Assembly: GCA_021613535.1 (NCBI GenBank)
Contig: CP075494.1
Span: 558,001-622,000 of the forward strand
Reading direction: 5' to 3'
Length of the DNA stretch: 64,000 bases
DNA from: Adineta vaga
Taxonomy: Eukaryota; Animalia; Rotifera
Positions within the stretch are counted from its first letter, which is position 1, and the number at the start of each line of letters is the position of its first letter. The notes under the pieces were generated by a model. That model did no database searches, was not told the origin of the DNA, and was given only the letters and a program-made list of their open reading frames with translations. Below, one piece after another: positions 61,758 through 64,000 of this stretch. Position numbers and translations under genes: made by a program.

Positions 61758-64000
61758 CATAAAAACGTGGTATAGAATAGTGGATGAAACAGGTCTCAAA
61801 CTGGTAAAAAAAAACAAAAAAAAAACAAACACATTGTATGTCCATAACGTGCTGCCCTTCTTGTAATAGCTTAACATCGCATCACTTCTCTCTACTCGTT
61901 CGTTATCTAGATAATGCGCAGAATAACAGATGAGTATATATCTTCTTTTCTTTTTTTCTTTCTTTTCTCCCTTCCACTTTTCAAGCAGTCAGAATTTCTC
62001 GCTGGTCAAATTTCGTCTTTGGGTCTACCTGGTGCAGTTCACCACTCGCTTCTCTCTCACGTGTATTTCTTATTTTTTATTTTCTCTCTTCGTTTGCTCT
62101 CTTTTTTATCTAAACTTTTCATTCTTACAAATATCAATACACAGCTCATGCTCAAATTGTCCCTATAGGACCGCCATGGTCACTGGGATATAGTATGCTA
62201 ATAAAAAAAAAAAAAAAAAAAAAAAAAGTTGTCATCCGTATGCAAGCGTCATTTTTCTCACACAAATTTAATATTTTTGTTACTAGTATGTTGGTTTTTT
62301 TCGTTTCTTCAATTCATCAGGTGAAATAATTACAAAAACTTGAAAAGATAAGGGAAAAAAGAAGTTGCAACACATTCGATTAAAAACAAGTTAAACAACA
62401 ACAACACATATATGACATATTAATATTAAAATAATGTACATATTCACTACGTTACCCGTCGAATTGGTCTATCGAATTCTCGACAAGCTTCTCAGTCGAG
62501 GGAAAATCTTCTAAATGTAAAATTTTGTTTTATTCCATAAGAAATATAATATTAAAAATAATTTGAATACCATTAGAGTTTCATTAAAAAAATAATTTTA
62601 AAATAAAACTGTAAATCAAATGAACTTATTAAACAATAAATTTATTAAAAATATAAATTAGAAATAATATCAGCTATTGTTTATGTTTACATTATAAGAA
62701 AAATGTTCGTTGAATAGACTTTTTTATGAAATTAACGAATAAATTTAAAGATAGAAATAATTTTTGAATTTCATTTTTCATTATTACGATATTGAATTCT
62801 TTAGAATTTTACAAAAACAAAAGATTCGAAAATGTTTTTATTTATTTTTATCAGAGAAATACTATTATATTCAGCGCGTCTTTTTTCTGGATATAAATAT
62901 CATCATCATCATCATCATCAGAAAATTGAATCAAGAAAATCATTCATATGAGAATTTTGTTTAAAATACACTTTCATTGACAACCGATCAAGAACAAATC
63001 GGTGAATAAAATCAACAGAAATTATTCCGAAAAAAATACGTTTTGGAAGAAAACCAGCGAAATTTATCGGTATTATTATGCTTACATTCATCACTATAGT
63101 TTATTTAGTTAACCTTAAATGATATTTTTCTTCTTCGTTGGAAAGATGAACAACTTCGTGAACTTTATATGAATTCACCAGTAGATATTTTCTTGTTTAT
63201 ATTTCGATTTGAAAGGAATTACGAACGACTTTTTTTTTTCGATTATTTACGCATTGAATTGGATTAGTCTTTATAACTTATAATTCTTTGAGATCAAAAT
63301 TTGATTTACTGATTAATTCTGTGACTGGAAAATGGAGAATTTGAATTACTATTGATACCATTAAAATTGGCAAATACGGAAGGTATGTATAATGACGAAT
63401 GTTGAGTATCAGACAAAAATTGAGATATTATTATCTTTGTTCCTCTTCGTTATTGTCGTTAATCTATCAAGGAGATATGGGAAAGATAAATGATGATATC
63501 ATAATAAATATCAATAGGATTAAATCAAATCAAATTTGTATAGTTGGTTATTAAATTGATTTAGATGGATGAATAAATAAATAATAAACTAGAAAAACAG
63601 TTTATATACTATCTATCTCTCGAATATCATATAGTACAGAAGAATACATAGACAAGGCCTAGATTAAACGATTATTATCATTACTGTTATTCTTATACGA
63701 ATAGATTTAATACAATTCTAGGTATAAAGAAAAGAAAATAGAAACATCTCGTTCATTACGATATATGTTCGAGGTCTTTATCGATATAGATAGAAAAGAA
63801 TGAATCGAGGGTATTCGAATTATAAATAGATTATAGAAGATTGCTAAGAAGTGAATAACAATTTCATATTCTTTTATACATTCTTATTATAAGGTTCAAA
63901 ATAAACATACATGTGAAAAAAATCATATTATTATCCATTCAAGACTGATACTTTGACTTAAATGGACGACTATTTATATCATAGATTTCCATTTATATTA

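Noticed and set aside
62290-62330. Possible minus-strand hammerhead core (CTGATGA...CGAAA)
   Set aside because: No plausible stem II or stem I/III pairing.
62230-64000. AT-rich terminal region with possible exon-like remnants near 63240-63570
   Set aside because: No continuous reading frame or confident motif.

Overview
AT-rich eukaryotic DNA with short (~50-80 bp) GT-AG introns. The gene families (NHL-repeat, FG-GAP, pentapeptide-repeat, F-box/LRR, orphan class-A GPCRs, DEG/ENaC, fungal-type aldo-keto reductase) and TGTGGG repeats point to a bdelloid rotifer (inference, no database search). The window holds about 20 genes or pseudogenes, a three-copy dispersed ~4 kb unit (EF-hand/Pro-rich gene plus small EF-hand gene), several non-autonomous DNA transposons (MULE-like MITE, piggyBac derivative, CAG..CTG TIR element, decayed CACTA-like DNA) and several gene fragments. 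The most striking signal is a family of about 27 short palindromic sites, 17 clearly two-armed (45-105 bp) and about 10 degenerate or half sites. Consensus: ATCTTGAGGGTGTGGGTG(TGGG)-unique ~15-35 nt spacer-(CCCA)CACCCACACCCTCAAGAT, with one outer end often replaced by AATAAAG(A)AG/CTCTTTTATT. The arms are telomere-like repeats facing the spacer. The sites fall almost only between genes and divide the window into gene-sized units. They coincide with breakpoints between duplicate copies and directly abut truncated gene fragments. This suggests a possibly undescribed cassette-shuffling or programmed breakage/telomere-seeding system; no cognate enzyme is encoded in the window.
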